IMG/VR virus record: IMGVR_UViG_3300037258_001195
Coordinates: 28,988-92,987 of that record
DNA: 64,000 nt
Strand: one strand, 5' to 3'
DNA from: a virus
Positions 29,420 to 38,765 of this stretch are shown one piece after another. The notes beneath the pieces are model-generated. The model saw nothing but the letters and a program-made list of their open reading frames with translations. It was not told where the DNA came from and did no database searches. Each line of letters begins with the position of its first letter. Position 1 is the stretch's first letter. Made by a program: the position numbers and the translations under genes.

Positions 29420-29896
29420 TTACGTCAGCACTTTGGTTGCGAAGTCTCGACGTATCCTATTCGTCACGACCCACGGAGCGGTAGTGCAGATGCGTTCGAT
29501 TCCCCGAGTGTAATATCTCTTAACTTGATACCCACTGGTTTCCAATTCGTCTGCTATTCGGCGCCAATTGTATAATCGCCGCCCAGTTATAGGATGTAGG
29601 AGGGTCCGCTTTCTTACCGTCTTACGCATCCGCCGAGTATAGACTTCATCGGTAACTAGGATGTAATTCGGAAGGAGGAGAATGTCTTCCATTAGTCCGA
29701 TTTCGTTCGGCCCAGGCGCGGCGATACGGAGGCCGATTCTAGCACGAAATTGGACTACTTCGAAAATGTCTTGAGAGAAATCGGGCCACCATCCGGCGCC
29801 CTCAGATGGTCCAACTCTTCGGCCCGGCATCGCGATGAGGCGTTGTCCGGCCCATTCGAGCCAACTTTCCAATTCGCTTGGCTCGACCGTTGCCAT
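29420..29896 (-). CDS. DUF6362-like protein (possible late regulator/antiterminator)
   Basis: WLEWAG..L.AMP, APGP.EI..M, WRRIA..L HTH. Confidence 0.6.
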   Translation of the reverse strand: MATVEPSELESWLEWAGQRLIAMPGRRVGPSEGAGWWPDFSQDIFEVVQFRARIGLRIAAPGPNEIGLMEDILLLPNYILVTDEVYTRRMRKTVRKRTLLHPITGRRLYNWRRIADELETSGYQVKRYYTRGIERICTTAPWVVTNRIRRDFATKVLT

Positions 29897-29897
29897 A

Positions 29898-30098
29898 TCA
29901 ATGCAGCCTCGACTCTTCTAATTCATGAACAGGACAACACGAACCAAATGCAAGGTGCCCCGGCCAAGGTTGAGTTTTTGGGCACGTACATCCTTGCATT
30001 TGGGCTGACTCACTGCCGGGAAACGGATCTGGACGAAATCTCTCATGTCCGGCGGGTAATGTGACTGTTATTATGTCCTGATTATTATCGTTTGCCAT
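29898..30098 (-). CDS. Small Cys-rich protein
   Basis: PGS..A...GCTCP...CPVH. Confidence 0.55.
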   Translation of the reverse strand: MANDNNQDIITVTLPAGHERFRPDPFPGSESAQMQGCTCPKTQPWPGHLAFGSCCPVHELEESRLH

Positions 30099-30099
30099 C

Positions 30100-30768
30100 T
30101 CATCCGTTCCAATCGACGATTCCGGTTCCGGTAAAATGGCCGAGAGATGTCAGATCCATTTTCGGGTGCGCGATGTCCCGCCAAAGATAGATCATATTGG
30201 GCTCGCGTATGTCGTCGAAAATCACAATTGGATTATTGTCGAATTCAGCATTATCCAGAAGTCGTATGAATTTATGTTCTGTTTTTCCATCCTTGGGTCC
30301 GTCAACGAAAATTAGATTTGCTGCTTTGAATACGGGAAGCTTGAATAATGTAGGGTCTATCATATCTCCAGTTAATTGGAGAATTCGACCATTGGCGAAA
30401 TCGGAATCCTCAAACCAATTTTCCTTGTATTTAGTATTATCGACCGTGATGATATTGCAATTTGCAGGAGCACCTTCTGCCAGGGCGATGGTTCCCATTC
30501 CGGTGTAAGTGCAAAATTCCCAGATTATTTTCGGCTGGAATAGCTTTGCGGCACAGGTCAATAGGTTGTAATGTTCTCCAGGCCAATGCTTAAACCAAGG
30601 GTATAAGCCGTCTCGATTTCGATTTGCTAACAAAGGGTGCTCAACGGTCGAGATATGTTCACCAAGGTATTCGACGAAATTCAAGATTCTTCCACTTGGA
30701 CCTGAGCTAGGATCATCGTCGAGAGAGATGAGCCGGCTTGGATAGTCCCAACGGGGTTTTGTGCTCAT
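30100..30768 (-). CDS. Class I SAM-dependent methyltransferase (Methyltransf_24-like)
   Basis: EFCTYTGMG, LIFVDGPK, FDDI. Confidence 0.8.
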   Translation of the reverse strand: MSTKPRWDYPSRLISLDDDPSSGPSGRILNFVEYLGEHISTVEHPLLANRNRDGLYPWFKHWPGEHYNLLTCAAKLFQPKIIWEFCTYTGMGTIALAEGAPANCNIITVDNTKYKENWFEDSDFANGRILQLTGDMIDPTLFKLPVFKAANLIFVDGPKDGKTEHKFIRLLDNAEFDNNPIVIFDDIREPNMIYLWRDIAHPKMDLTSLGHFTGTGIVDWNG

Positions 30769-31352
30769 AATGGTTTCTCCGCTTCAAAGGTCATAGTTTC
30801 GAGTTGGAGGAATCCGGGCGGCATTCGGGAATCGTTCTCAAGGTTCTGGAAGGTTTCATCCTCGCTCTTTCCGATCGCGCACCGTTTGAAGTCTCTAAAT
30901 CCGACTGAATTCATTGTCAGACACAAGGCTTCTTGGGTATATATGAATTGATGTCCCCATGCCCGAACGAAATTATTTACGACGTATGCTACCGAAAAGG
31001 ATGAGTGGCCCTGGGGAAGTCGAAACTCCCGCGCTGCCCAATTTATGTAATTATGTCGTTCTAGGCCAGCGGGGTCGGACAAGAGGGCGGCGAGGAACAT
31101 GAGGTCGGGGGTTGAGATTCGAATGCGCCCGCCGGGCTGGAGGACTCGATAGCATTCCGCGAGCATGTGTAGTCCATCTTTCGCACTTATGTGCTCGATC
31201 ATGTGCTCGGAAAAGATTCTGTCGATCGAATTGTCGTTGAAAGGAAATCGCTTTGTTGCATCAAGGAATGTTGTGTTTTCGCGGCGACAGATGTCGGCAT
31301 TGATCCAGCCGTCTAGCGGATGATCGCCGCAGCCGATGTTGAGCTTCTTCAT
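30765..31352 (-). CDS. Class I SAM-dependent methyltransferase (glycan-cluster type)
   Basis: LNIGCG..GWINAD, EHMIEH, RVLQPGG..RISTPD. Confidence 0.88.
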   Translation of the reverse strand: MKKLNIGCGDHPLDGWINADICRRENTTFLDATKRFPFNDNSIDRIFSEHMIEHISAKDGLHMLAECYRVLQPGGRIRISTPDLMFLAALLSDPAGLERHNYINWAAREFRLPQGHSSFSVAYVVNNFVRAWGHQFIYTQEALCLTMNSVGFRDFKRCAIGKSEDETFQNLENDSRMPPGFLQLETMTFEAEKPL

Positions 31353-31353
31353 C

Positions 31354-32205
31354 TTACGGCCTCGCTAGGACAGAATCGCAAAACTTGTCGAAAACTTCAG
31401 CGCCCGATGGCTCGGTTTCTTCCCATCGCTTCAGGCCGTCGATAATCTCATACAGGGCGTGGAGGATGTCGTTCGTTGCGAGATATTGATCTTTTCCGGG
31501 GCCATGCTGAGCATTTTGCAGTCTCTCGAATGCAAATTCCCAGACGTCTTTCGGTGCCCGCATTCCGCTGCGATCTTTCTGGTCCGTATAGCGATTGGTT
31601 TTTTCGAGCCACGCCGAGATGTCTTCGTGGGAGAGATGGTCGATATAGACGGGAAAATCTGGACCTGATGGTGCAATATTTCCGACAATCTTTGCCCCCG
31701 CATGTACGGTGTCAGTTCGTTGTATTGCACCTTTTCGGTACAACGTTGGGCGATATTCTGGCCAATATCTAGCACGCGGATCATGACGACCGAGAATCCA
31801 ATGTTTGATCGGGATCATTAATACGTCAAAATTGGGGGCGCCTGGTATACTGTCGTTGTTAACAAAGTTTCGCAGGAAATATTCTGCCCCTTCCGAGAGG
31901 ATCTCGTCGTCGTCGAGGCAAATTCTCCAGTCGTGTGTGCAGAGGATGTCAGCAAAAGCGCGAGTTGGCTCGACGGTTGGGGACCAATCTGTTCGCTGAT
32001 ATTTGATATTATATTCACGCAATATATCTACATTCACTAATTTGGGAAATAGGAATGCGCTATCACGTAATATCTGTCGTTTATCAACTAGAATAAGTTC
32101 ATCAACCCAACTAGCAGCTTTAAGGGTTGCGGCCAAAATCTTGTCGCTTCTGGTTCCCGCTGTTATGATGAAGGCGCTGATTGGGGTCTGTTTGATTTTG
32201 CTCAT
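31354..32205 (-). CDS. GT2-family glycosyltransferase
   Basis: WVDELILVD, W...LDDDE (DxD), VH, KTNRYT. Confidence 0.8.
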   Translation of the reverse strand: MSKIKQTPISAFIITAGTRSDKILAATLKAASWVDELILVDKRQILRDSAFLFPKLVNVDILREYNIKYQRTDWSPTVEPTRAFADILCTHDWRICLDDDEILSEGAEYFLRNFVNNDSIPGAPNFDVLMIPIKHWILGRHDPRARYWPEYRPTLYRKGAIQRTDTVHAGAKIVGNIAPSGPDFPVYIDHLSHEDISAWLEKTNRYTDQKDRSGMRAPKDVWEFAFERLQNAQHGPGKDQYLATNDILHALYEIIDGLKRWEETEPSGAEVFDKFCDSVLARP

Positions 32206-32861
32206 GGCTCGATTGCCTCTTGCAGATAGTATTCTCCGGGGACAAACTTCAGTCCCTGATTGACGCTTTTGCCTGCGTGAGTTGGGTCAAACAGGCGAAC
32301 GGGAAGGACTCGAAAATCAAAGCTGACTCGAGTGGTCTTTGTGTCGTTGATCAAGTTTCCATGTCGAACGCGATTAGCGTCGAACATGATTGCTTGGCCG
32401 AAATGCGTGTTAATTGGAATTGCTTTATGGCTTTCATCTTCGATCCAAATCGAATTGGATCTTCGGGCGTCGGTTAGGGGAAGCCAAAAGTTCACCTCTC
32501 CCTCCGGGTGGCCGTACTTGAGGTCCGTGTGAAATTCGCCGACGGCTTTGTTGCCAATTAGGCTAATTCGAAATGTCGGGATTGCCTGAACATAAAAGGG
32601 TTCGGTGATTATAGGGCCTACAAACTCACGTATGAATGCGGTGTAGAGGGTTTTCCAGGTTGAAAACCCGGCATAAAGTTTTTTGTGAAATTCTGTCTGT
32701 TGGTCGTCCTCGCGTTTGCGGACGCTAATTCCATAGCTGTAAAGTTTTGATAAGTCTGCTGTTTCTAGCGTCTTTGCTGTTCGCGTTGCGAAAGGAAATT
32801 CTTCGGTCGAGTATTGAAGGACTCGATATAGCTCGGGAGTGGTCATGGGAGTTCCTTCCAC
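32202..32861 (-). CDS. 2OG-Fe(II) dioxygenase (StrG-like)
   Basis: PTFR, FHTD (HxD), NFWLPLT, HGN..N....RVSFDFR. Confidence 0.8.
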   Translation of the reverse strand: MEGTPMTTPELYRVLQYSTEEFPFATRTAKTLETADLSKLYSYGISVRKREDDQQTEFHKKLYAGFSTWKTLYTAFIREFVGPIITEPFYVQAIPTFRISLIGNKAVGEFHTDLKYGHPEGEVNFWLPLTDARRSNSIWIEDESHKAIPINTHFGQAIMFDANRVRHGNLINDTKTTRVSFDFRVLPVRLFDPTHAGKSVNQGLKFVPGEYYLQEAIEP

Positions 32862-33514
32862 TCGATCTTAGACCGCACATAGTTGTTAGCGAGTGATTTC
32901 CAGTCCAGATATTCGGCCGAGGGGAGGACTTTCGGAACGTTGAAGATTCCGTGGAAGCCGAAAGTCGACCTCGGTGCCTCGCGCTCGAAGGAGAATTCGC
33001 TCGCTACGTCCAATGGTGCCCACTGAAATCCTTCGGCCTCTAGGGCGGGTCGATATTCTCGGCAGAGGGTTTCGTCTTCGGGAATGATTGGGGGAAATTT
33101 AGTTGGGTTGTTGGCAAGAAATCGCATCAACTTCGTTGAGCGGAGGCTGAATCCGCCGTTTCCGACATTATGGCTGGTATGCCACGGCCAGGGTGCTCCG
33201 ATATAGTCGTATTGAATCCAACTGGGATTCCAGCGGGTTCCGTCGAGAACGAAGCCGTCGTATTGGATGTGAAGGACGTGGGAAGCTAGCACCCCAATAC
33301 CTGCTGGAGAACTCCATCTAGCACGTTCGACTTCCTCCATTGATCGAATACAATGATAAAAGTTTGTAGTTTCTCCGGTAAAATTTCTGTCAGAGATGCA
33401 AATAATGTCTGCGGGGGTGATTTCCTCTAGTGTTTTATTGATTGCTAATTGGGTTAGCTCGTGCGCCACGCAATCGATGACGAGGACCGCAACATTGGGA
33501 AGGTTCGTCGGCAT
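32843..33514 (-). CDS. DUF5672 glycosyltransferase-like protein
   Basis: QYDG, YDYIGAPW, VGNGGFSLRS, EDE, FSFE, FGFHG. Confidence 0.85.
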   Translation of the reverse strand: MPTNLPNVAVLVIDCVAHELTQLAINKTLEEITPADIICISDRNFTGETTNFYHCIRSMEEVERARWSSPAGIGVLASHVLHIQYDGFVLDGTRWNPSWIQYDYIGAPWPWHTSHNVGNGGFSLRSTKLMRFLANNPTKFPPIIPEDETLCREYRPALEAEGFQWAPLDVASEFSFEREAPRSTFGFHGIFNVPKVLPSAEYLDWKSLANNYVRSKIEWKELP

Positions 33515-33536
33515 GTTGGGACTCCGACTGAGGTTG

Positions 33537-34007
33537 TTAGAGGATGATTGGACCCTCGCCGCGCCAAACGTAAAGGGGGTCGGCTGCTAGGAGGGCGAAA
33601 CTGAGCCGAAGGTCTGCTTGTGGCGCGCCAGGCCGTAGGTTCTTGGCGATTACAAGGGCTTTGGTCGGGACATTCAGCGCCTTACGCACGACGGGCTCGT
33701 AGAGATTGCGGATCTTGTCTAGGATTGTGGGAATCCAGGTGAGCTTGACATCGACGACGATCGTATAGGCTTCTTCAATGTCGTGGATGAGGATGTCCGG
33801 GCAACAGGTGCGGGGGATTCCGTCGAAACCTTGATACTCGAACCAAGGGTTGTGTTCGATGGTTAGTCCGCTTTTGATTCCGAACAGGGCCTTGACGACC
33901 TTGCGCTCGTACCGAAGACCGTCCAGAGCCGCAATTTGTCCAACAGGGCGGCTGACTGCCCGATTGGGAATTCGAGTTGCGCTCTGGACGATCATTGGTT
34001 GGACCAT
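33537..34007 (-). CDS. PD-(D/E)XK-like nuclease
   Basis: YE...PDIL...VDVK. Confidence 0.55.
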   Translation of the reverse strand: MVQPMIVQSATRIPNRAVSRPVGQIAALDGLRYERKVVKALFGIKSGLTIEHNPWFEYQGFDGIPRTCCPDILIHDIEEAYTIVVDVKLTWIPTILDKIRNLYEPVVRKALNVPTKALVIAKNLRPGAPQADLRLSFALLAADPLYVWRGEGPIIL

Positions 34008-34037
34008 AACTGATTTCCCCCGAAAATAAAATGTCCT

Positions 34038-34229
34038 TTAGGCAGCTAGACGATGAATTGGGTGGGAGCTAGATTTGTCGTCTGTCTCCCGCCCAGCACG
34101 GACTTGGACCACCTTGGGTTGGGGCACCCTAGGGGCTTTGACGATCTTGTCCTCAATTCGCTCCACGAGCCAAACGGTTGGACGCCGTTCGGTTCGGCCC
34201 CAAGGACCAGGAAGTTTAATTTCAGTCAT
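34038..34229 (-). CDS. Hypothetical protein
   Basis: AAGGA RBS; coupled ORF. Confidence 0.45.
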   Translation of the reverse strand: MTEIKLPGPWGRTERRPTVWLVERIEDKIVKAPRVPQPKVVQVRAGRETDDKSSSHPIHRLAA

Positions 34230-34827
34230 CGTCTGGTTCCTTTCTATCTGGGGTTACGTCGATGATTTCCTTCGGGCGAAGGTCCCGAGTTCCAATGTTG
34301 AAGGTGATTTTGGTCGGGATATTCGCGGCGGGCGTTGCGGTTTTCGGCGGCGCGACGGTTCGGTCGAGCGCCATTTGGCTAATCTGGCGCAGCTCTCCTA
34401 GGGGGATTTGCTTTCGCTGTTCGTCATCCTCTAGTCGGTCTCTAATTTCGGCCGACGCGGTTTTTGCGATGTCGATTAGCATGGCGTCGACTTCGACTTT
34501 GGCGTCGATGTTTGCGTCGGCCATCGAGGCTTGGTAGGTGGCTACCAGTTCCGAAAAGGCTGGGTCTTTGCAGAGGTCCGAAACTCGTTGGGGCGTGTAG
34601 CCGGTCAGGAGGGCGACTTCGCGCATCGACTTTCCCGCCGCAACGCCCTGCGCCGCGCGGTGATGTCGACTGTGAAGTCGCTGGATCATCTGGGGTCCGA
34701 TTAATTTTCCGCCGCCGCTCATGGCGAGCGCTGCGAAATCGCCGGGGGTTAGCTCCCGCTCGACCTCCATCATAATCAGACTTCCGGGGCGGCCGCGTTT
34801 GGGAAGGAGATTGGTTGCATTGGACAT
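34222..34827 (-). CDS. HTH protein, terminase small subunit-like
   Basis: HHRAA..AAG....EVA..TGY...RVS.L..DPAF HTH; C-terminal IIDVTP; AAGGAG RBS. Confidence 0.55.
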   Translation of the reverse strand: MSNATNLLPKRGRPGSLIMMEVERELTPGDFAALAMSGGGKLIGPQMIQRLHSRHHRAAQGVAAGKSMREVALLTGYTPQRVSDLCKDPAFSELVATYQASMADANIDAKVEVDAMLIDIAKTASAEIRDRLEDDEQRKQIPLGELRQISQMALDRTVAPPKTATPAANIPTKITFNIGTRDLRPKEIIDVTPDRKEPDDD

Positions 34828-35123
34828 TTTTACTCTCCTTTCTAAATGCGGGATGAGGAGGTCTAGATTTTTCGCCGGAGATTGGTTGCATTTGTCATCT
34901 TCGTTCTCCTTCTCAAAAGGGGTTGGTTGGACCGAAGGAACATAAAAGTTGGGAATTTTCTGTGAACGCCTACTACGTTCTCTCACCGGTCCAGGCTTAG
35001 AGGGGACCCTATGACGGGTAGGGGTCGAGAGGAGGTCGCGTGTGGGTTGTGGGCGTAGTGACACTACCAGACGGAGAGTGTCACTCGACTGTCACCACGC
35101 GAGAGTTGCGGTAGTGACAGTCG

Positions 35124-35154
35124 AAAGAAAGAGTAGGGGATTGCTCCCCTACTC
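35124..35154 (-). terminator. Intrinsic terminator after the 35164-35742 gene
   Basis: GAGTAGGGGA/TCCCCTACTC perfect stem plus T-rich tail on the minus strand. Confidence 0.75.
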
Positions 35155-35163
35155 GCACGAGGG

Positions 35164-35742
35164 TTAGAGGTCCAGCGCGGCTGAGGTATCAGCGCTCTTG
35201 GCAACCCGCTTCTTCTTATCGGAAACGGGGCGGTTCGCGGAGGCCGCGATACCGGCGGTCACGAATTCCATGAACTTCCCGTCGTGGTGCTTGGCGATGG
35301 TGGCATCGATGATGGCTTGGTGGGCTTTCTTCGCAACGTCGTCGGATTTGGGATCGAGCGGGCGACGCTCGTTCACCATGTCCGCAACGGTGCTCGCGTA
35401 GTGGCGCTCAAAGGCGTCATTGCTGTTGGCGCCGGGGATACCCTCGCCAGCGGCCATTGCCTTATCGACCGTGGCCTGGACGTTCCCTTCGCCGTTCTGG
35501 ACGATCCTGTTCTGAACCATCTGGAGAACGCTCTGCGCGACGAAGGGGCGGATCGCCTCCGCGAGCGAACCAAAGCCGACGAGAGCGGGAACCGAGCAGA
35601 GAATACCGTTCGCGCCGACCCAAACCTTGCCGTCGTGGATGCGGTACTTGCGGGCGGAACAAGCGGAAAGCCAAGCGTCGTTGTCGGGATTGGTCTCGGC
35701 CTTGGAAAGCCGCTCGACGTTTTCGTGTGCCGTGTTTGCCAT
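35164..35742 (-). CDS. Monocistronic hypothetical protein ending ...SAALDL
   Basis: GAGG RBS; codon use typical of high expression; own terminator. Confidence 0.75.
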   Translation of the reverse strand: MANTAHENVERLSKAETNPDNDAWLSACSARKYRIHDGKVWVGANGILCSVPALVGFGSLAEAIRPFVAQSVLQMVQNRIVQNGEGNVQATVDKAMAAGEGIPGANSNDAFERHYASTVADMVNERRPLDPKSDDVAKKAHQAIIDATIAKHHDGKFMEFVTAGIAASANRPVSDKKKRVAKSADTSAALDL

Positions 35743-36199
35743 TTGAGTTGCCTCATAGGAGAGTTAGGAAAAGACAAACGCGGAAAGGATTGCCGAGTCC
35801 CGCAAAAGCACGAATGCTAATTGCAAGCTCGGCGTCGGGTTCTGTCCCGCCTATCGATGTTCCGCCCATCGATAGGAAATGTGTTGTTGATCCTTGGCCC
35901 TGGCGCGGCTGGTTACGGCTCCGGGGGCTGCTGGTTGCGTTCTATCCGTGTACGGAAAGCCTACATAGGCCGCTTGCGCGGTAGCGGAATTGAACCGCCG
36001 TAGGGAGAACGCTCCTATTGCTCGCGAGAGGCTTGGGCCTCTCGGTGGCGCAAGCGGTTTAACCAACCGCCTCGTTAACTAACCACAACCCCATAATACA
36101 CGATCCCGCGCGTGGTGCGAGAAAAATCGACCGTGATTTGGAGGAGATTTGTAACAATCTCGACCCTCGCGTAGGCGCGCGTGAAGCGGACTAAAGCGG

Positions 36200-36720
36200 A
36201 GCGAGGTCGGCGGGTTGTATGTCGCAGCCATCGCGAGGGTTGGGCATACAACACGCGCACGTCAACCCTCTCCCGCCCGCGCGCGAGTAATAGCCCGCGA
36301 TTTCCCAAGCAATAGCGCGTGATTTCCGCGTTGCGGACCAAATAATAGCGCGCGGGTTGGACAATAGCGAAAATCGTTACTGTTGCCATTCAAGATATAA
36401 GGTATGATAGCGTATGGAATAACGTATGGGTTACACCCGGTAGGTATATGCATGTACCCTGTAACGTTAACAATGAACATTTGGTCGAGATTATTCATGT
36501 TACAGAATAAAAAGTCCCCCTAGAAAAAATTAGACCCCGAAAAAAATTTTCGGTTGGGGTCTAATTTTCAAGAGGCATACAATAGTAACCTTATCACCGT
36601 TCACCTTACACCATATCTACACCACCTGTAACACATACGCTATCATACACCTTCACCCATACGCCTACCCCAACGCCTACCATAACGCCAACGTTATCAA
36701 TCCAACGCCCCCGCGCGAAT
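36200..36720. promoter_or_regulatory. Divergence region with nested inverted repeats (candidate origin/control region)
   Basis: AAAATTAGACCCC/GGGGTCTAATTTT, TATGATAGCGTATG/CATACGCTATCATA; gene orientation and strand skew switch here. Confidence 0.6.
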
Positions 36721-36771
36721 TTTCAGGTCGAAACACCAAACCCGACAAACCCCAAAACCAAGGAGCCAATC

Positions 36772-37437
36772 ATGCGAAACATCTTAAATCAAGAGCGGGT
36801 GTTAGTCCTAACTTCCGCCGGACTACGAATCCTAGACTCCTACCAACGTATAGAAAGCGCAATACAAGCATTCCGCGCTGCCGATGTCGACAGCGTATCA
36901 ACAGACGAACTATTGCACCTGCTCTCAATATACCGCCCAACCCTCGCGGATTGTCGCGCCCTTGTGAAAGAACACGATCATTTTACAATACACCAGAAAG
37001 CAAATCTGCGCACCCGCAAGGCAATGGCAAAATCTCGCCGCATTGCAAAAGGCATTTACGATTCCGAAGGAGAGCTACTAGAAGACGAAATCAGCGGCTT
37101 CTCAATAACCCTAGACTCACAAGCGAAGGCAATAATGACGGCGCCACTATCACGACAAGCTAAGAAAGAGGAGGAGAAATCCTTAATCCCCGAAACCGAG
37201 GATGGTTGGACCCTACCTCCCGCCGAAACCAGAACCATCGGCGATTATCATGAACTCCTACGCCGAGTCCACGGCGCAATATCAGTCTTCAAAATCACCA
37301 TCCACGAAACCTTCATCGCAAACGACCCGACAATAACCCCCGAGCAAACCCTGGAGGAGATAATCCCTGAGCTAGTCGAACAAGACTATCTCATGAAGAC
37401 GAACTACGAAAGCGCCTTTAGGATTATTGATAGATAA
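36772..37437 (+). CDS. Hypothetical early protein
   Basis: AAGGAG RBS; first ORF of the plus arm. Confidence 0.7.
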   Translation: MRNILNQERVLVLTSAGLRILDSYQRIESAIQAFRAADVDSVSTDELLHLLSIYRPTLADCRALVKEHDHFTIHQKANLRTRKAMAKSRRIAKGIYDSEGELLEDEISGFSITLDSQAKAIMTAPLSRQAKKEEEKSLIPETEDGWTLPPAETRTIGDYHELLRRVHGAISVFKITIHETFIANDPTITPEQTLEEIIPELVEQDYLMKTNYESAFRIIDR

Positions 37438-37438
37438 G

Positions 37439-37747
37439 ATGTCAGGAACCTCCCCAATGACAATCTTCACCTTTCCCTATGGAACAATCCTTGACAAAAC
37501 TCGAAACCAATGTGGAACAATACTAGAATGTCAACTCTACTACACAGACAATTGTCCCCTCTACTACACCCAAGCACATATAACATTCCGACGAATTCGA
37601 GTCCGGGCTGGAATCACAATCCCCAGCACATTTACAGTAGACTTTCTCATTAGAGATGAAAGAAACTTTCGCTTTCATTTCTGTAGACTAGATAAGAAAA
37701 ATGAAATTGTCTGTTTAAACTCAATTCCCGCCTATTGTAGGACATAA
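37439..37747 (+). CDS. Hypothetical protein
   Basis: AT-rich ORF. Confidence 0.4.
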   Translation: MSGTSPMTIFTFPYGTILDKTRNQCGTILECQLYYTDNCPLYYTQAHITFRRIRVRAGITIPSTFTVDFLIRDERNFRFHFCRLDKKNEIVCLNSIPAYCRT

Positions 37748-37890
37748 GGAGTAATTCACACCACAGGGAGTGTGCTATGCACTACACGCATAGCTATACC
37801 CCCATAAAAGCATAGCACCTGGTATGCCGCTTAGCATACAATGGGCTCGCGGAAGTCCGCCTGCACCACGCATCGGACCAAAAGGAAGGA

Positions 37891-38109
37891 ATGGCAATGG
37901 CCGTCAGAGTCGACAAATATAGCCCCAAGAGTCTTGCTGAATATGAAAAATACGGTCCCCAACGTCACGCGCGTTGGGCAGCAATGACACGTCAGCTTTT
38001 AGTACTCGCATGGGTGAATATGTATTACGGTACTGCCGAAGTTGTCTATTTCTTCAACGGCACATCGGCAGTGCGTCCGAAATACGGCAAGGATGGGGAG
38101 AGACTCTAA
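37891..38109 (+). CDS. Hypothetical protein
   Basis: AAGGAAGG RBS. Confidence 0.55.
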   Translation: MAMAVRVDKYSPKSLAEYEKYGPQRHARWAAMTRQLLVLAWVNMYYGTAEVVYFFNGTSAVRPKYGKDGERL

Positions 38110-38711
38110 TGGCCGTCGCCCAGATCATCCTCTTCCTCGATTCCGCCGGCACCATCCGCGCCGAAATGCCCGGACAAAATGGCAATCGGCAAAAAGTCGA
38201 ACTAAACTATGACTTCGCAACGCGAAACCCCGAAATCACGGCGTTGTTGCGGGACGAGCTTGATCGGCAAACCCGTCTCGCGGAAAAGATGGCGGACCTA
38301 AAAGCCCGCAACGCAGAAATTCGCGCAGCCGACGGGGCGATGGACCAAGTTGCATTGCGCCGCGCCCAACTAGCTGAAGACGCGCGCCGATGTCAGGAAT
38401 GGCTAGCATCGCTCGCTCCCGGTCGCAGGAAGATAGAAGAAGACAAACTAGATAAAAAACTCAAAGCGGCGGTCGATCGGGCAAATTCTGTCGCAAAAGG
38501 TCTCTATCACTACGTGGTCGAAAATCATGGCATTACGCTCGCCAAGCGCGTCATCCCTAACGCCGCGCGCCGACCGGGGAAGAAAATCTTAATCTCAACC
38601 ACAAATGGAATGAAAGAATTCTCGCCCCGTAAAGACGAAATCATCGAGACCAAATCCCCACGCGCGAAGCGAGTTGGCCCAATCGACCTTACTCTCGCAA
38701 TCGACCTCTAG
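38109..38711 (+). CDS. Hypothetical protein ending DLTLAIDL
   Basis: GGGGAG RBS; TAATG coupling. Confidence 0.7.
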   Translation: MAVAQIILFLDSAGTIRAEMPGQNGNRQKVELNYDFATRNPEITALLRDELDRQTRLAEKMADLKARNAEIRAADGAMDQVALRRAQLAEDARRCQEWLASLAPGRRKIEEDKLDKKLKAAVDRANSVAKGLYHYVVENHGITLAKRVIPNAARRPGKKILISTTNGMKEFSPRKDEIIETKSPRAKRVGPIDLTLAIDL

Positions 38712-38765
38712 CGAGCCCTTGCGAGGTCGGAATCAATCCCGAATCAGTCAACAGGACATCCCCAA

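Noticed and set aside
36500-36600. Protelomerase (telRL) site
   Set aside because: The IR has a spacer rather than being a continuous palindrome, and no protelomerase is visible
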